Source: Candidatus Omnitrophota bacterium (GTDB lineage Bacteria > Omnitrophota > Omnitrophia > Omnitrophales > Aquincolibacteriaceae). Taken from it: a stretch of 64,000 bases of DNA. Shown one piece after another: positions 39,301-42,405 of this stretch. Position 1 is the first letter of the stretch, and each line of letters begins with the position of its first letter. Location of the stretch: contig JAHFHF010000007.1 of the NCBI GenBank assembly GCA_023247055.1, positions 2,186-66,185 on the forward strand, given 5' to 3'. The notes below the pieces were generated by a model. The model was not told the origin of the DNA. It made no database searches and saw only the letters and a program-made list of their open reading frames with translations. The position numbers and the translations under genes are program-made.

Positions 39301-42201
39301 CGCATCATCGGCCTGGATCCTCTCAAAAACCCAGTCTCTCACGCTATCGAGAGTCCCGATAAAAGGGCCTTCTCTTTGCAACGACGTCTGCGGATTCAAA
39401 CGTTCCAGCAGAGTTTCGAGCAGGCGGACACGCATCCGCAAATAATCAGCCAGCGCCGGATTGTCCTCTTCAAAAAGATACGCATAATCCGCAAGCTCAT
39501 GCGTTTCTGCGATATAATCATGCACAAACTCGTCTTCATCTTCAGCTACTTCCAAACGCTGCTCGTCGTCTAAAAGAACCCGGTCGAATTTTTGAACGGC
39601 GGGAACTATTTTCCGGATTCTCTGAATCTGCTGTTCGTAGGTCAGCGCTTCCCATTCCTCACCCGTAACGCCGCCTATCTTCAGAAGACGCTCACTTAAT
39701 TTTGCAAACTTGTTTCGATTGTTCAAAACACGTTGAATCATACCCAGCTTATCCGCAAGTTCTCGATCCTGACGCTCGCTTGCGGGCAGCCGGATTAAAT
39801 AAACAGTTCCCATAATCGCCAACCCGCCAAACAAGGCTGACATAAGCCATAAAATGGGTTGACCTGCAATGGCTGCACCGGCCAAACCTGCAGTCATCAC
39901 CCAGGCCAGCACCGTGCCGGCATAAAACTCTCTTATTTTTTTCCGGTGCTCTCTGGCCTTTGCACTTAGTGCTTCTTCACTGGCATTCTGGCCGCGCATC
40001 TCGGATCGAGGCTCCGCCGAGTTCACAGAAGTGCCGGACCTCCGCGTCCGGCGCATCTCAGAACGCAAAGACATGCCCGTCACAACGGCGGCTTCATGCG
40101 CCGCTGCGCTGGATTTGTTGACAGCAGGTTTCCCGATAACGATCGCGTCAAACCCGTTTTCAGGAACGCGGCCGTAAAGACGCGTAGATTCCCAAAAGCT
40201 GCTCCAATAGCGCTCCGGCCTCTTCACTTGTTCACGCGCAATCAGTTCATCCAGCACAGTTCTGTCGTCCAGCCGGGTTAAAGGGCTCATCTCCGGCATG
40301 CGTTTGAACATTTTCTGCAAATCATCGCTCGCCATCGCCAGCACGTGATAGCTGTGATAGGGCTTGAGGATTTGCCGCAGTAAAGCCTGGCCTCTTCCAC
40401 GGATGGGCTCTGCTGTATCCGGAAATCGCGGATAGAACGCCGTGATCCGGATCAGCTTGGCCTCATCATAAACACGCGCGCTGATTTTCCGGTCTTGATT
40501 GAGTTGATGGCCGGACCTATCGAAAACATCCGCCAAAACTTCTGTGTACAGAAATTTATTTTCACTTTCAGACGACCCTGCCGCATAAACCGGAGTTCTT
40601 TGAATGCGGACCGTAAAACCTTCCAGCCCCGGCATGTCCTGCACTGTTTCGATCTGGGGTAAACTGCCTTTCGCCTCCATTCGCATTTCAGACATGGCGA
40701 GGGCCCGCGAACGCGCAGACGGTTCTTTAAGTTTTAGGGCTGCTTCGCGCGCCGAGCGCACAAGCGTCATGCCCGGCGGCAAGGTTTGCATGACTTCACC
40801 GAGAGTCCTGATTTCATGCGCGATTGATAAATCGCCCGCCTGTTGGAGTTCTACGACACTGATGGGGCGCGATAGACGCGGCAGCTTTCCAGCCTCGAAC
40901 GGATTGATGCCGCCGGCCATGATCTGGCGGTAATAGTCTTTGTGTTTCTTCTCAATTCTCGAGATGACCGGCGAAATGACCGCGTAACTGACTCCGGCTT
41001 CATTCAGCATTTCGCGGATACGGCCGGCATGAAAACCGCCGTAGACCAGCACCGCTGTTTTTTCATCCGCAGATTCTAAAAAATCCGCGAGAGCCAGTTT
41101 CACTTGGTCGTCCCGTTTAAGGGCTGTCTCATAAAACTCAAAAGCGCTGCGGATACTTTTTTCCCAGCGCCTAGAAAGTACCACGGTCCGGCGGCCATGG
41201 CGCGCCACAAATTCCGCGAGGGCCTGCATTCGCAGTCCGGCCAGTGTGGTTTTAATGTGCGCGTATTCTTCGGCCGTCATCTCGATCTTGTTCAGGCGCT
41301 TGAGCATCTGCAGGTCGTTGTAGAACTTGAAAAGATTGCGGCTGTCGTCTGTTTTCAAAAAATGAACCGCAAGGTCTTTTTCCAGCTGATCCATTTCTTG
41401 CCACAGGCTGCTTGCATTGTGCTTTTTAACTTCTTCAATCGCCGCGGCCTGTTTACTGTCGAGCGCGCGCAAAACCCCGGCCAACCCCGGGTAGCTGACG
41501 GCAAAAGCCGGCGCGCCCATGACGGGAATGGCTAGACGCGCGGTCTCGCGCGCATAAAACGCAAAGTCGGTACGCTGGTTTTCAAAATCTTGTTTGAGGC
41601 GCAGGAACTGCTGCAGGGGTTTGGGCAAAAGCTGCGGCACAAGGGTCTTGAGTTCTTTTTCGGCGCTGCGAAGTTCAGCGTCAATCATGGCCTGGACGGA
41701 TGCGGCTTGGCGGTACCAGGCCGCGCTTTCAAAATGTTCTCGGATATTGTCGGCGCCGATCAGATGGAAGTCTTTTTGACGGTTGATGTGCGCATATTCG
41801 GCCGCGCCGATTTTCAGCTTATCGAGCAGAAAATACGAAACACGCCGTTTGACTTGGGCATCTTGAATCGTTCCGAAAAGTTTATCGGTAGGCACAGGCC
41901 CTTCATAGCCTTCTTCAAAAACCGTGCGCACGCCGTGGTTTTCCACCAAATGCGTAATGAGAGCGGCAATGTTTTCCTGGGCCTCGAGCGAGTCGTGGGC
42001 ATCCTGGATGAAGAGGACGGTCTTGGCAGAAAGGCCGCGCTGAAAAGTTTCAACGGAGGCTAGGCGGGGCGGAATGGAAAACGGCGTTTCGATTTTAACC
42101 GGTGCTGCGCCCGCAGAGGCAGGCACACTGAGACACACACTTAAAAACAATGCTATAAGTTTAAAGAAAGCACGCAAAAAACGGCTGTTCGTTTTAAACA
42201 C
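18337..42201 (-). CDS. giant multidomain membrane-anchored protein (7954 aa) with an SNF2-family ATPase core and RNAP alpha-CTD-like HhH domains
   Basis: Uninterrupted 23,865-nt ORF. GTG start at 42201..42199 with AAAGGA ten nt upstream. N-terminal signal anchor, at least six internal TM segments, SNF2 motifs (GVGKT, DEIH, RVYRIGQ), the recurring RSEMR pentapeptide, and internal tandem repeats. TAA stop at 18337. Confidence 0.85.
   Translation of the reverse strand: [7954 protein letters not shown]
27240..27640 (-). other. two helix-hairpin-helix segments resembling the RNA polymerase alpha C-terminal domain, within the giant protein
   Basis: [51 protein letters not shown] follows the alpha-CTD pattern (LxLSVRxxNxL ... 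G.L...S..ELL...FG.KSL.E). A second, weaker copy ([34 protein letters not shown]) follows. Confidence 0.5.
30157..30250. repeat. family A palindromic element, copy 3, in-frame inside the giant ORF
   Basis: GTCATTGCGAGACACC...GTCGAAGCAATCTCGGACGC...CCTCGCAATGACAAAA. Translated in the giant frame as [35 protein letters not shown]. Confidence 0.75.
32000..33570 (-). other. SNF2-family helicase/ATPase core (DEXDc plus HELICc) within the giant protein
   Basis: Motif I [11 protein letters not shown] at about 33498..33521. Motif [11 protein letters not shown] at about 33188..33217. Helicase C-terminal motif [17 protein letters not shown] at about 32100..32160. Confidence 0.85.
34549..34702. repeat. 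in-frame inverted-repeat element inside the giant ORF, bounded by 16-nt direct repeats GCGCATCTCAGAGCGC
   Basis: DR at 34549..34564 and 34687..34702. Between them GTTAGAAGTTTGAAGTTGGAGGTTGGAAG ... CTTCCAACTTCCAACGTCCAACTTCCAAC (inverted arms of TTGGAAG 7-mers). One DR plus insert is 138 nt, which is 46 codons. Confidence 0.7.
35848..35876 (+). promoter_or_regulatory. consensus-like sigma70 promoter on the plus strand inside an AT-rich island of the giant ORF
   Basis: TTGATT (35848..35853), 17 nt, TATTAT (35871..35876). Local GC is about 20 percent over about 90 nt, against about 57 percent in the surroundings. Confidence 0.4.
40790..42080 (-). other. N-terminal extracytoplasmic domain of the giant protein, possibly TraB/GumN (TIKI)-like
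   Basis: After the signal anchor: [21 protein letters not shown]...[11 protein letters not shown]...[11 protein letters not shown]. This loosely resembles the GxxH ... E ... VVVGxxH arrangement of the TraB/PrgY/GumN family. Weak, pattern-level only. Confidence 0.25.
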
Positions 42202-42405
42202 GAAACGGGTGTCCTTTCTCTTCGCTCAGGGGGGATGTTGCAGAAGTTTACACGGCAATAAGCTAAAGCGCAAAAGACGCTAAAAGTGCATGATGGCAGA
42301 ATCCTTCTGTTGCGGTGCAGTGCTAAGAAATGTTAGAAATTGCTAAGGAAGAAATTTTGCTGTTTTGAGCGCTGTAGTGGCAATTCACGAATTGCCCCTA
42401 CAAGA

